Assembly (NCBI GenBank): GCA_027322505.1
Contig: DAHVRJ010000136.1
Location: 8,935 to 72,934, forward strand
Reading direction: 5' to 3'
DNA from: Demequinaceae bacterium
Lineage (GTDB): Bacteria; Actinomycetota; Actinomycetes; Actinomycetales; JAJYRW01
Length of the DNA stretch: 64,000 nucleotides
This document shows, piece after piece, positions 23,953-33,139 of the stretch. The notes under the pieces are model-generated. The model saw only the letters and a list, made by a program, of their open reading frames with translations. It had not been told where the DNA came from and made no database searches. Within the stretch, counting starts at the first letter, position 1. The number at the start of each line of letters is the position of its first letter. The translations under genes and the position numbers were made by a program.

Positions 23953-25023
23953 CTAGTCGGCTACGGAGTCACAAGTGGGCAAGGAGCTGCCCTGGCCCGA
24001 AGCAATCGCATCTACTGCCAGTTTTGCGGAATCGAAAGTATCAACCGGTATAACTTCCAAACCATCAGGAACGGTGGAAAAATCTTGGCAGTTATTCGTC
24101 GGGGCTAAAAACCAATTAGCACCGGCGTCAGCCGCGCCGAATAGTTTTTGTTGAATTCCACCAATTGGACCAACGTTTCCCGCCAGGTCAATGGTTCCGG
24201 TCCCGGCGATGTCTTCACCGCCGGTGAGCGAGCCGGGCGTGAGTAGATCAACGATGCCTAACGAGAAAATCAGTCCCGCGCTGGGGCCGCCGATCTCATG
24301 CGCGTTGATATCCACCTCTACCGGGAAGTCAAAATCCGGGTCGAGGAGCACGCCTAGTTGAGCGGCGTCGTCCTCACTTGCCGTGGTGACCACATCCACA
24401 TCCGTTTCAGTCCCGTCCCGCTCAATTTCTACGTTCACCGTTTTGCCACCGGCAATGTGGCTGAGTTCATCGTCGAGTTCCGCGAAGTTTGATACGCGTG
24501 TGCCGTTGATTCCCAGCAGCACGTCGTCATCTTCTAAGACCCCCTCGGCGCCAGAGTCCGCCACCGTGCCCACAATTCGCAAAACTGTGGGCACTTCATA
24601 ATCGAGCGCCTCCAGCGCCACCACGACCGCGCGACGCTGCGAAGCTTCCATTTCCTGTTGGTTGCGCTCAGTGATTTCTTCGCGCGTCACATCCTTGGGA
24701 AACACGTTCTCTACCGGCATTACCGAGGAATCATTGCGAAAATAGGCGCCCAAAACATTGAATCCCCAGTTCGGGAAACCCTCGCCACCGTGGACCTGCA
24801 CCGTGGTCAATCGCAGTTCACCGCTGGGGTCATAGGTCTCGGCATCCGCAACGGAGATCGCGGGCTCACCGGCATCCTCGTTAAGAACGTTGACTGTTGG
24901 GCCCGGGCGCTGAATCACAAACCCAGTGGGAATTATCGCCATCAAGGCCAGCGAGATCCCCAAGATCGTACAAGAAATAAGTTGGGTGAGTTCCCGGTTA
25001 CTCAGTCGCTGTTTTTTCATCAT
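23953..25023 (-). CDS. PDZ domain-containing S16 (Lon-like) serine protease, membrane-anchored
   Basis: N-terminal TM segment. PDZ-like LLGINGTRVSNFAEL. Lon protease catalytic domain IGGPSAGLIFSLGIVDLL...GGIQQKLFGA. Confidence 0.85.
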   Translation of the reverse strand: MMKKQRLSNRELTQLISCTILGISLALMAIIPTGFVIQRPGPTVNVLNEDAGEPAISVADAETYDPSGELRLTTVQVHGGEGFPNWGFNVLGAYFRNDSSVMPVENVFPKDVTREEITERNQQEMEASQRRAVVVALEALDYEVPTVLRIVGTVADSGAEGVLEDDDVLLGINGTRVSNFAELDDELSHIAGGKTVNVEIERDGTETDVDVVTTASEDDAAQLGVLLDPDFDFPVEVDINAHEIGGPSAGLIFSLGIVDLLTPGSLTGGEDIAGTGTIDLAGNVGPIGGIQQKLFGAADAGANWFLAPTNNCQDFSTVPDGLEVIPVDTFDSAKLAVDAIASGQGSSLPTCDSVAD

Positions 25024-26084
25024 CTCCGCCGATTACCGCGAGCACGTCGCCACACCGCCGCCGTTCCTAACAGGGCTACGGCGGCGCCGGCAGCCCCAAG
25101 AGCTGCCGCATCTTTCCCACCGAGACGACGTCCCGCCACGGCGTGGTGTTCCCGGGCCTGAATAAGCAGTTCGCGAAAACACTGCGCATTATCGTAACTG
25201 GAGCGCCAGCCCGCCTCTGTCAGACGGCCGGCCTTGACGGCCCAACTGCGCGTTACATACAGCAAATCGGTCGGTGGCATGGGCAGCGCTCCAACCCGGT
25301 AGAGGCGGTCGGCAGATGCGCGGGCCATCGACTCCGGGATTTCGATACTGCGCATCTGAGAAAGTCGTTCAATTTCAACCTGGGTGAGCACACCTGGCGA
25401 CGCAACCGCGACGGGCCCAAAAAGCGAGTGTTCCAGCACGTGACCTACTGCCCGCGCCACGTCGTCAATGTGCGCAAATTGCCACGCGATGGGGATGTTG
25501 CGCAACACCAAAATGCGCGGGGCCTCAAAGTGGCGGGTGGCAGCAGTATCCACTTCCGGCCCCACGAGTGCTGCCGGGCGCAACATGGTGAAGTTTCCAT
25601 TTGCCGTGGCGGCGATGAGTTTTTCTATCGCAAGCGCATCGCCGACCAACCCCTCGTCTGTCTCCGCGTTCAGCGGCGCGTCATCTGCCAGTGGGGGCTG
25701 ACCGGCTCGGGCGCCATAAACCATAGCCGTGGTGATCACCACGATGTGCTCAATTTGAGCCTGTTGCGCCGCTGCCAAAACCGTTTGTGTGCGCTCTAAC
25801 AGTTGCGCGCGGCGGTGGGGACCCGCGGCGAGCGCCTGGGTTAGATCGTCAAAATTTGGAACATAAACCAGCGCGCGGCAGTCATTAATTTCCGCTGCTA
25901 GCGCACATGGCGCGACGGCAGCGGAGACGGAATCTATACCCACATGCACGACATGGGCGTTTACTTCATCGGCCAAATATCGCGTGATAGCGCGCGAAGT
26001 GGGCCCCGAACCGATAAGCGCCACCGGATTATTAGACAGGCGGGCAGGTGAATTTACCGCCCGATTTTGCCCTGGCACCGCCAC
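25020..26084 (-). CDS. NAD-dependent epimerase/dehydratase-like (SDR) protein
   Basis: N-terminal Rossmann VALIGSGPTSRAI. ATGA overlap with the downstream protease gene. Family assignment is only moderately supported. Confidence 0.55.
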   Translation of the reverse strand: MAVPGQNRAVNSPARLSNNPVALIGSGPTSRAITRYLADEVNAHVVHVGIDSVSAAVAPCALAAEINDCRALVYVPNFDDLTQALAAGPHRRAQLLERTQTVLAAAQQAQIEHIVVITTAMVYGARAGQPPLADDAPLNAETDEGLVGDALAIEKLIAATANGNFTMLRPAALVGPEVDTAATRHFEAPRILVLRNIPIAWQFAHIDDVARAVGHVLEHSLFGPVAVASPGVLTQVEIERLSQMRSIEIPESMARASADRLYRVGALPMPPTDLLYVTRSWAVKAGRLTEAGWRSSYDNAQCFRELLIQAREHHAVAGRRLGGKDAAALGAAGAAVALLGTAAVWRRARGNRRR

Positions 26085-26195
26085 CCCTGCCTCATTTCCT
26101 CACGCGCTTGAAAGTAGATTCCGGTTACCGTTAATGGTGTGCCGTCATTTAATTATGGCTAGAACCGCACATCACTGCAGCAGGAAGGACCGGTT

Positions 26196-27644
26196 ATGAG
26201 TGACGATGCCCGCGGCCCGGAGGAGCCCGAAGGCGACATTTTTGAGTTGCTCGCTTCCCTCTTTGGTGGGGACCGGGAGTCCATGGAGCGCGCGCTTTCC
26301 GAAAGTGGAATCAACCCGGCTGAATTGCAGGCCATGAGCGCGCAAATGCCCGCGCTGCCTTCGGGGATGGAGCAGATGTTCTCAGCGCTGACGGGATCTG
26401 GCCCGTCGCAGGGCCCGGTGAATTGGGAACTAGCCCACAATATTGCGCGGCAAACGGCAGTGGCAGAGGGCGATCCCTCAGTTGGTCCTCGCGTCGAAAA
26501 AGATTGCCGGGACGCGCTCAATGTGGCTGAACTGTGGCTCAACCCGGCGACAAATCTGCCCGCGGCCGCCATTGACCAGCGCGTGTGGAGCCGCTCCGAA
26601 TGGGTTGAAGCAACGCTTGATACCTGGCGGAAGTTAACCGAACCGATCGCAACATCGGTGGCCGACGCCATGAGCGAGGTCATGCGCGAGGCCGGGATGG
26701 AAATGGGCGCACCCGCCGGACTTGGCATCGATCCCAGCCAGATGCTGCGCCAATTTGGAGGCGCAGTCTTTGGCATGCAGGTAGGAAATGCCGTGGGGAC
26801 GCTCGCGCAGGAAGTGCTGGGCGCCGGCGATGTGGGCCTGGCTCTTACTTCCAAGCCCACCGCCGCACTCATCCCAGTAAACGTTGCCGCGCTGGCGGAG
26901 AATTTTGAAGAACCCGAGGCGGAGCTGCGGCTGTTTGTGGCCCTGCGGGAAACCGCGCTGGCCCGCCTTTTTACGCATGCACCGTGGCTGGGCTCGAGAT
27001 TAGCCGGAGCGGTCGAAGATTACGCCTCGGGCATTTCTATCGATATGAGCCAGTTGGAAGAAACGGTGCGCTCAATCGACCCCACCAACCCCGAAGAGTT
27101 GCAAGAAGCTTTGGGGAGCGGAATGTTTGAGGTCGCTAAAACCCCGCAGCAGCAGGCAGCGCTGGGACGGTTAGAGACAATGCTGGCCCTGGTGGATGGG
27201 TGGGTTGACGTTGTCGTGGCCGCGGCCGCTGAACCGAATTTGCCGCGCATAGATGCGCTGCGCGAAATCATGACGCGGCGCCGCGCTGTGGGTGGCCCCG
27301 CGGAGCAAACATTCGCCGGCCTGGTCGGGCTGGAACTGCGTCCGCGCCGCCTGCGTGAGGCCTCGCGACTGTGGCACATCATTGGCGAGGAATGGGGGCA
27401 GGCCTCCCGCGATGATCTGTGGTCACATCCAGATTTGCTGCCCACTGCCGAAGACCTGGATGATCCGGAAGGATTCGCCAATCGGCGTGCGGAAGCGCGC
27501 GAGGCAGAGGCGGACCTCGATGAAGTCTTAGCCCAGATCTTGGATGATGAGGCCTCAGACAAAGGCGACAGTGAAGAGCCCGACGAAGGCGACAGTGAAG
27601 AGCCCGACGAAGGCGACGTTGAAGAGCCCGACGAAAAAGAATGA
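26196..27644 (+). CDS. Zincin-like (DUF2342-type) protein lacking the HExxH motif, with an acidic repeat tail
   Basis: GPVNWELAHNIARQTA and FVALRETALARLFTHAPWL fit my recollection of the family. There is no HExxH anywhere in the 482 aa. The tail reads GDSEEPDEGDSEEPDEGDVEEPDE. Confidence 0.7.
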   Translation: MSDDARGPEEPEGDIFELLASLFGGDRESMERALSESGINPAELQAMSAQMPALPSGMEQMFSALTGSGPSQGPVNWELAHNIARQTAVAEGDPSVGPRVEKDCRDALNVAELWLNPATNLPAAAIDQRVWSRSEWVEATLDTWRKLTEPIATSVADAMSEVMREAGMEMGAPAGLGIDPSQMLRQFGGAVFGMQVGNAVGTLAQEVLGAGDVGLALTSKPTAALIPVNVAALAENFEEPEAELRLFVALRETALARLFTHAPWLGSRLAGAVEDYASGISIDMSQLEETVRSIDPTNPEELQEALGSGMFEVAKTPQQQAALGRLETMLALVDGWVDVVVAAAAEPNLPRIDALREIMTRRRAVGGPAEQTFAGLVGLELRPRRLREASRLWHIIGEEWGQASRDDLWSHPDLLPTAEDLDDPEGFANRRAEAREAEADLDEVLAQILDDEASDKGDSEEPDEGDSEEPDEGDVEEPDEKE

Positions 27645-27695
27645 CTGGGTTAGCTTGTGGCCACCGCTGAGCCCTAAACGGCGACCCAGCATGCC

Positions 27696-28436
27696 TTATG
27701 CTCCTTCGCGATCGGTAATTTCCTCCGCAGCGGCGATCTGCTCGGCCGCAGTTTCCGCTTTATCGCGCGTATCACCGTCACCTGCATCGCGCGTATCGCT
27801 GTCTCCTGCATCATGGGTATCGATGTCATCTTCATCCTGCGCATCGATGTCATCCGGTTCGACTTCTGGGCCAGCCGCACCGTCCTGTTCAAAAGAGACA
27901 CCTTCTAAGAAACCGCGCGCCCGCTCCGTGCGCTCATAGCCCGCTAGCAGTGCCCAAAATTGCGAACTGTGATCCGGGGTAATCATGTGCGCCAACTCGT
28001 GCAATAACACGTAGTCCAATACCCAGTGCGGCATGCCCTTGAGGCGATCAGAAATACGAATACTCCCCGTGGCTGGCGTGCACGAACCCCAGCGCCGGTT
28101 TTGCGAAGAGGACCACGTCACCGACTTCGGGTGCGCTTGGGAGCCCAAGTACTTTTCCGACAATTTCAGTGCGCGCTCATGTAGCTGCGCGTCGGTGGGA
28201 CGCCGGCGTTTTTCTTGATTTTTAAGCCGCTCGAGCATCTTTTCCACCCACTCGCGCTCTTGCGCGCGGGTGAACCTAGCCGGGATAGCCACCACGGTGA
28301 CATCACCTTCCCGGAACGCACTAACGGTTCTTTTTCTTCGTGAGCTGCGCCGAACCTCAATCTCAAAATCGACATCTTCGTCTTTCACAATCCACACGTT
28401 AGCCGGTCTGTGGATTATTTGGGTATTTATCCACAT
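27696..28436 (-). CDS. M48-type (YgjP/DUF45-like) zinc metallopeptidase
   Basis: VEVRRSSRRKRTVSA near the N-terminus and YVLLHELAHMITPDHSSQFWALL (HExxH). I prefer the ATG at 28436. The track ORF extends to 28679, into the divergent gene. Confidence 0.8.
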   Translation of the reverse strand: MWINTQIIHRPANVWIVKDEDVDFEIEVRRSSRRKRTVSAFREGDVTVVAIPARFTRAQEREWVEKMLERLKNQEKRRRPTDAQLHERALKLSEKYLGSQAHPKSVTWSSSQNRRWGSCTPATGSIRISDRLKGMPHWVLDYVLLHELAHMITPDHSSQFWALLAGYERTERARGFLEGVSFEQDGAAGPEVEPDDIDAQDEDDIDTHDAGDSDTRDAGDGDTRDKAETAAEQIAAAEEITDREGA

Positions 28437-28500
28437 TTTTCGGCGCGGGAGCCTTTTTGGCAGCGTTTCATGCCACAGTCGAACAGGCACGAAGAGCAAA

Positions 28501-29520
28501 ATGAAAACAACACCGGGGTGGTTCATGCAGGTGCGATTACGGCCAGGAATGCGCCTGCTGTGGCGCGACAGCACAACGCTCCAGGTCAGCAAAACGGGGC
28601 TTGATGGCGTGGTCTTCGAAAACCTCCGACCCGATGAGATTCGACTGCTAGAAGATTTACAAGTCCAGGGCGCTGCCAATGATCGCTCGCACCCCGTATT
28701 GGCAAAACTTCACGATGCCAACCTGCTGTTGCCAATGACGCGCATGGGCATAAATCACCTCAGCCACAGTCTGCGCGCCCGCCTCCAGGCCGATGCCCGG
28801 GCACTAAGTACACAGGCCCCAACCGGCATTGGATGGCCCGTTCTTTCACAGCGCCAGCACAGTGCGGTCGAAGTCCGCGGGCTGGGTCGTACCGGCGCGC
28901 TACTGACAAGACTCTTAGCCCACAGCGGCGTGGGAGAAATTTTGATTGCGGACGACACCCCAATAGTTATTGATGACCTGTCACCTGGGGGCTATTCTTC
29001 TGGGGATTTAGGAAAAAGCCGTGCCACCGCGCTTCGAGCTGCGCTGCAGCGTGACGCACCAGAGATTTTTACCGGGTTCGCGGGAAGCCGGCACCCCGAT
29101 CTGTGCGTGCTTATCGCCCATCACGCGGTGAATCCGGTTTATTACCAGCGCCTCATGCGGCACGACATCGCGCATATCGCGATTGTTTTAAGCGATGGGC
29201 GCGCAACGGTGGGGCCATTTGTAATTCCGGGGCAGACCCCTTGTTTGCGGTGTCTTGATTTACATCGCCTCGATCTCGACCCGGCCTGGCCCGTGCTGGC
29301 CACGCAGCTTATGAACATTGAGTTAGATGAACAATGCCCCGAAGAGAGCGTGCTGGCAGGACTAGTCGCACACCTTGGTGCGGGCCAAATCCTTAGCGCA
29401 ATTGCGGGATCGCAGCCGCTAACTGTCGCCGCGACGATGGAATTGACCCTCACCGATTATGTTCCCGCGCTGCGGGAGTGGACCATCCATCCCGATTGCG
29501 GGTGCGCGGGTGTGCCCTGA
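28501..29520 (+). CDS. ThiF/E1-like family protein
   Basis: Rossmann VRGLGRTGALLTRLLAHSGVGEILIADD. Cys pairs CLRC and CGC. The start is uncertain (ATG at 28501 or 28525; the track ORF begins at 28270). Confidence 0.7.
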   Translation: MKTTPGWFMQVRLRPGMRLLWRDSTTLQVSKTGLDGVVFENLRPDEIRLLEDLQVQGAANDRSHPVLAKLHDANLLLPMTRMGINHLSHSLRARLQADARALSTQAPTGIGWPVLSQRQHSAVEVRGLGRTGALLTRLLAHSGVGEILIADDTPIVIDDLSPGGYSSGDLGKSRATALRAALQRDAPEIFTGFAGSRHPDLCVLIAHHAVNPVYYQRLMRHDIAHIAIVLSDGRATVGPFVIPGQTPCLRCLDLHRLDLDPAWPVLATQLMNIELDEQCPEESVLAGLVAHLGAGQILSAIAGSQPLTVAATMELTLTDYVPALREWTIHPDCGCAGVP

Positions 29521-29589
29521 AAACAGGCGCCCAACGAAACTGGCTCGCTACCGAACTAACGCGCCCTCCAACGCTGGAATGGGTTGAAT

Positions 29590-31662
29590 CTAAGATGCCG
29601 GAACGTGTTCGGCCACGATCCGCAAAATGTCTTCACCGAACTGTTCCAATTTGCGTGGCCCAATACCGCGGATCTTTATTAGATCCGCGGCGCTTTGTGG
29701 CCGCTGCTGCGCCACCTCTTCCAGCGAGGCGTCAGCTAAAACAGTGAAGGCCGGTTTGCTGTTTTCTTGGGCCTGCTGCGCCCGCCACTGGCGCAGCGCC
29801 TCGAAAAGCTCTTCGTCATAGGGCACTGGGCACTGGCCACACCGGCGTCGTTTGCGCTCCTGCGAAGAGATCAAGGGGCCACCGCACACGGTGCACACGT
29901 TCGTGCCGCGGCCACCGCGAGCACTACCAGCACCCCGCCGCCCCCGCGGCTCGGGCCAAATTCCATCTAAGAATCGGCTGCGGCGGCGATTGCCGCGCGT
30001 ACCCGGATTACGGGCCCGCGACCACGACAACACCAGGTGTTCGCGCGCCCGCGTGACGCCCACATAGAGCAGGCGACGCTCTTCTTCCACGGCCTCTTCC
30101 CCCTCCGCCAGTGAAATCGGCATCAAGCCCTCTGACATGCCCGCTAAAAACACCGCGTCCCACTCCAGGCCTTTCGCGGCGTGCAGGGAAGCCAGTGTCA
30201 CGCCCTCGATCGTGGGAGCATGCTGCGCGTTAGCCCGGTCATCTAACTCTGTGATGAACGACTCCATCGTCGGCGCCGGTGCGGACTTTGCTTCCAGTTC
30301 ATCGGCCAGCGCGACAAGCGCCTGGAGCGCATCCCACTTTTCCCGCACGGCGCCACTGGCCGCTGGCGGTTCTGGGCGCCAACCCGCGTTGGCCAAGATA
30401 TGGCGCACGGCAGTGCCCAAAGAAGCATCACTCGGTGTCGTGCGCACCGCTGCACGCAACAGCACAATCGCCTCGCGCACTTCTCGGCGGGCAAAAAACC
30501 TTTCACCGCCGCGCACCACATAGCCAATTCCCGCGTTGGCAAGCGCCGTTTCAAAAGCGGCGGACTGCGCATTGGTGCGGAACAGGATCGCTATTTCGCT
30601 AGCCGGCACGTCCTGCTTGATGAGGCGGCGAATCCGATCCGCAACGCCCGCGGCTTCCGCCGTGTCATCGTCATAGGTAACAAAGCTCGGCTCGGGGCCA
30701 CTGGGCCGCTGCGCGAGCAGCGTTAAGCCCGCACTGTGCGTGGGGCGACCTTGCGAAATGATGTCGTTGGCCACCTGCACAACCTGCGGCGTCGAGCGGT
30801 AATCGCGGGTGAGTTTGATCGTCGCGGCATCCGGATACCGACGCGCGAATTCCAGCAGGTAGTTCGGCGTCGCCCCCGTAAACGAATAGATTGTCTGATG
30901 CGCATCGCCCACCACGCACAGTTCCTGGCGCTCCCCCAGCCACAGATTTAAAAGCCGCTGTTGCAGGGGAGAAACGTCTTGATACTCATCTACCACGAAG
31001 TGGCGATATTGGTCGCGTACCTGCGCTGCCACGTCCGGTCGGGATTCTAACCACCCAACTAAGAACAGCAGCACGTCTTCGAAATCAATGAGGTAGCGGT
31101 CGGACTTTTCATCTTCATACTGGCGCATCAGTCGCGAAACCGTTAGCAGATCAAAACCGGCCACCCCGGGCCGGGAAATCGCTTCAGCCCGTTTCACGTA
31201 TTGATCAGGCGTGAGCATATTGACCTTGGCCCACTCGATCTCGGCCGCAAGATCGCGCAGCGTCGAGCGGTCCACATCCAGGTGGAGCATCGCAGCTGCA
31301 TGCGCCACCAATTGCGCCTTATGTTCCAGCAATTGCGGTACGCCGCCCCCGACCGCCTGCGGGTAAAAATACTGAACCTGGCGCAGCGCAGCAGCATGGA
31401 AGGTGCGCGCCTGCACGCCCGCTACACCCAGCATTCGCAGTCGAGAGCGCATTTCCCCGGCAGCGCGGGCGGTAAACGTCAGTGCCAATACCGATGTGGG
31501 GTGGTACATACCCGAAGCTACGCCATAAGCGATGCGGTGGGTGATGGCGCGCGTTTTGCCCGTTCCCGCGCCAGCCAGCACACACACTGGACCGCGCAGC
31601 GCCAGGGCGACTTCGCGCTGGTCTTCATCCAAAGCGGTAAGGATTTGTTCAGGGTTCGACAT
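29590..31662 (-). CDS. uvrD2: ATP-dependent DNA helicase UvrD2
   Basis: SF1 motifs AGAGTGKT, VDEYQD and TLHAAKGLEW. Tetra-Cys CTVCGG...CGQC. C-terminal HRDC-like region LIKIRGIGPRKLEQFG. Confidence 0.9.
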   Translation of the reverse strand: MSNPEQILTALDEDQREVALALRGPVCVLAGAGTGKTRAITHRIAYGVASGMYHPTSVLALTFTARAAGEMRSRLRMLGVAGVQARTFHAAALRQVQYFYPQAVGGGVPQLLEHKAQLVAHAAAMLHLDVDRSTLRDLAAEIEWAKVNMLTPDQYVKRAEAISRPGVAGFDLLTVSRLMRQYEDEKSDRYLIDFEDVLLFLVGWLESRPDVAAQVRDQYRHFVVDEYQDVSPLQQRLLNLWLGERQELCVVGDAHQTIYSFTGATPNYLLEFARRYPDAATIKLTRDYRSTPQVVQVANDIISQGRPTHSAGLTLLAQRPSGPEPSFVTYDDDTAEAAGVADRIRRLIKQDVPASEIAILFRTNAQSAAFETALANAGIGYVVRGGERFFARREVREAIVLLRAAVRTTPSDASLGTAVRHILANAGWRPEPPAASGAVREKWDALQALVALADELEAKSAPAPTMESFITELDDRANAQHAPTIEGVTLASLHAAKGLEWDAVFLAGMSEGLMPISLAEGEEAVEEERRLLYVGVTRAREHLVLSWSRARNPGTRGNRRRSRFLDGIWPEPRGRRGAGSARGGRGTNVCTVCGGPLISSQERKRRRCGQCPVPYDEELFEALRQWRAQQAQENSKPAFTVLADASLEEVAQQRPQSAADLIKIRGIGPRKLEQFGEDILRIVAEHVPAS

Positions 31663-31670
31663 CGCTCCTC

Positions 31671-31693
31671 ATCTTCGCACCCCACACTGACAT
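31671..31693 (-). promoter_or_regulatory. Candidate RecA-independent DNA-damage promoter upstream of uvrD2
   Basis: The minus strand reads ATGTCAGTG-TGGGGTGC-GAAGAT, followed by 8 nt and then the ATG at 31662. The recalled mycobacterial motif is tTGTCRgtg-N8-TAnnnT. Confidence 0.3.
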
Positions 31694-31767
31694 CACCGCC
31701 GCCCGCTCGGGTCAGTCCCAGCAGTTAGTCTTAATAAGCAAAACATTCTTGATTGAAAGGGCCATTA

Positions 31768-32043
31768 ATGGCTAATCCGTATACTCCTGCAGCTGGTTCG
31801 ACACTAATGTTCACCACGCCTTGGTGTGGTTATTGCCGCCGGTTAAAAAGCCAAATGGACCGCGCGGGCGTCTCGTATAGCGAGGTCGACATTGAACAGC
31901 ATCCGGATGCGGCCGAGATTGTCGAAAAGGTAAATGAGGGCAATCAAACTGTTCCAACCATGCTCTTTTCCGATGGCAGTGCAGCAACGAATCCCTCACT
32001 GGCCGAGGTCCAAGAGCGCATTAAAGCGGCCCAAGAGGGCTAG
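31768..32043 (+). CDS. Mycoredoxin / glutaredoxin-like protein
   Basis: FTTPWCGYCRRLKSQM (CxxC) and VPTMLFSDGS. I prefer the ATG at 31768. The track ORF begins at a TTG at 31753. Confidence 0.85.
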   Translation: MANPYTPAAGSTLMFTTPWCGYCRRLKSQMDRAGVSYSEVDIEQHPDAAEIVEKVNEGNQTVPTMLFSDGSAATNPSLAEVQERIKAAQEG

Positions 32044-32086
32044 GTTCCCAGCCAGGCACGAGCGCTAGTTCCGAGCAAAACGCGCG

Positions 32087-33055
32087 CTAGCTCCACTCGT
32101 GATTCGGTGACGTGCCCAGCGGCTGGCCGTACCAGTGTTCAATAAGTACGCGGGCCACCGATGCTTTCCCGGGCAAAATGACCCGGCCCTCCTCGACATC
32201 CGCGGCGAGGGCCGGGCGCGTAAACCAGCGCGCTTCAAGCATCTCCACTCCGTCAACAATGATTTCGGTGCTCAGCGCGTTGCCGGTATAGGCCAACATC
32301 AAAGATGCGGGAAAGGGCCAGGGTTGCGAGCCGCGGTATTTCACCGCGCCCACTTCAATACTCGCTTCTTCATAAACCTCGCGGCGCACCGCACTTTCCG
32401 GGGTCTCGCCCGGTTCAACAAAGCCGGCGAGAGTGGAAAACCGGTGCTCCGGCCAAGCGGCGCCCCTTCCGAGCAAAAGGCGATCGGCGTCGTCCGTAAT
32501 TGCCATAATCACTGCCGGGTCAGTGCGCGGGAAGTGCTGGGAGCGATCAATTGGGCACTGCCGCACCCAGCCCGATTCGATAGAAAGTGTTGTTGCACCG
32601 CAGTGGGGGCAGTGGCGATGTCGGCGGTGCCACTGCATGAGCGCGAGCGCGGTGGTGACTAGCCCCGTTTCGCTGTCGCTAAGCGCAGTTCCGAATTGGC
32701 GCGGGCTGGCCCAATCCAGCTGCTTATGCGGCGTCTTTTGTTGGATTTGATTGAGCAGGTCACCGCTGCGCTCCCCCGCGTCCACGACCAGATAAGCGTT
32801 GTGGGCATCAGAGCCCAAATAGGCGAACTGGGCTGGCTCGCGGCCATTGCTTGCCGCGGCTGGAAAATCAGTGCCCGATATCTGAAGAAGCTCAGGCGTG
32901 GAGTCGGTGCGCGCAATGGCGATGCGGGCGCCGTCCACAATTAAAACCCGGGCCACCGAACTGGTTAACATGCGCGAAATTAGTTCCGGATCCTGGCGAC
33001 TAAGGGCGTCGCGATCCACGGCGGATCTGGCAAGCGGTAACGGATCAGGGAACAC
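32087..33055 (-). CDS. nudC: NAD(+) diphosphatase NudC
   Basis: Zinc-ribbon region HCPHCGATT and Nudix box GFVEPGETPESAVRREVYEEASI. Confidence 0.88.
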   Translation of the reverse strand: MFPDPLPLARSAVDRDALSRQDPELISRMLTSSVARVLIVDGARIAIARTDSTPELLQISGTDFPAAASNGREPAQFAYLGSDAHNAYLVVDAGERSGDLLNQIQQKTPHKQLDWASPRQFGTALSDSETGLVTTALALMQWHRRHRHCPHCGATTLSIESGWVRQCPIDRSQHFPRTDPAVIMAITDDADRLLLGRGAAWPEHRFSTLAGFVEPGETPESAVRREVYEEASIEVGAVKYRGSQPWPFPASLMLAYTGNALSTEIIVDGVEMLEARWFTRPALAADVEEGRVILPGKASVARVLIEHWYGQPLGTSPNHEWS

Positions 33056-33139
33056 TCCTTAACCGTACCGTTGAAAATCGATGCTGCTTGTCGGTGCGTC
33101 GACGAGCCGGCCCCGGGATTAATTTCGTAGGTTAAGAGG

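Noticed and set aside
28270-28679. Overlapping N-terminal extensions of the M48 peptidase ORF and the ThiF-like ORF.
   Set aside because: The reasoning is the same as for the 47823-48355 extensions. The conserved domains begin after the internal ATGs (28436 for the peptidase, 28501 or 28525 for the ThiF-like gene). The extensions would make two genes overlap by about 400 nt on opposite strands.
33088-33096. Exact TTGTCGGTG (the upstream half of the RecA-independent damage promoter motif) in the nudC/phosphotransferase spacer.
   Set aside because: Eight nucleotides downstream the sequence is AGCCGG, not a TAnnnT -10 box. The nearest TAATTT is 23 nt away, so the promoter geometry is not met.
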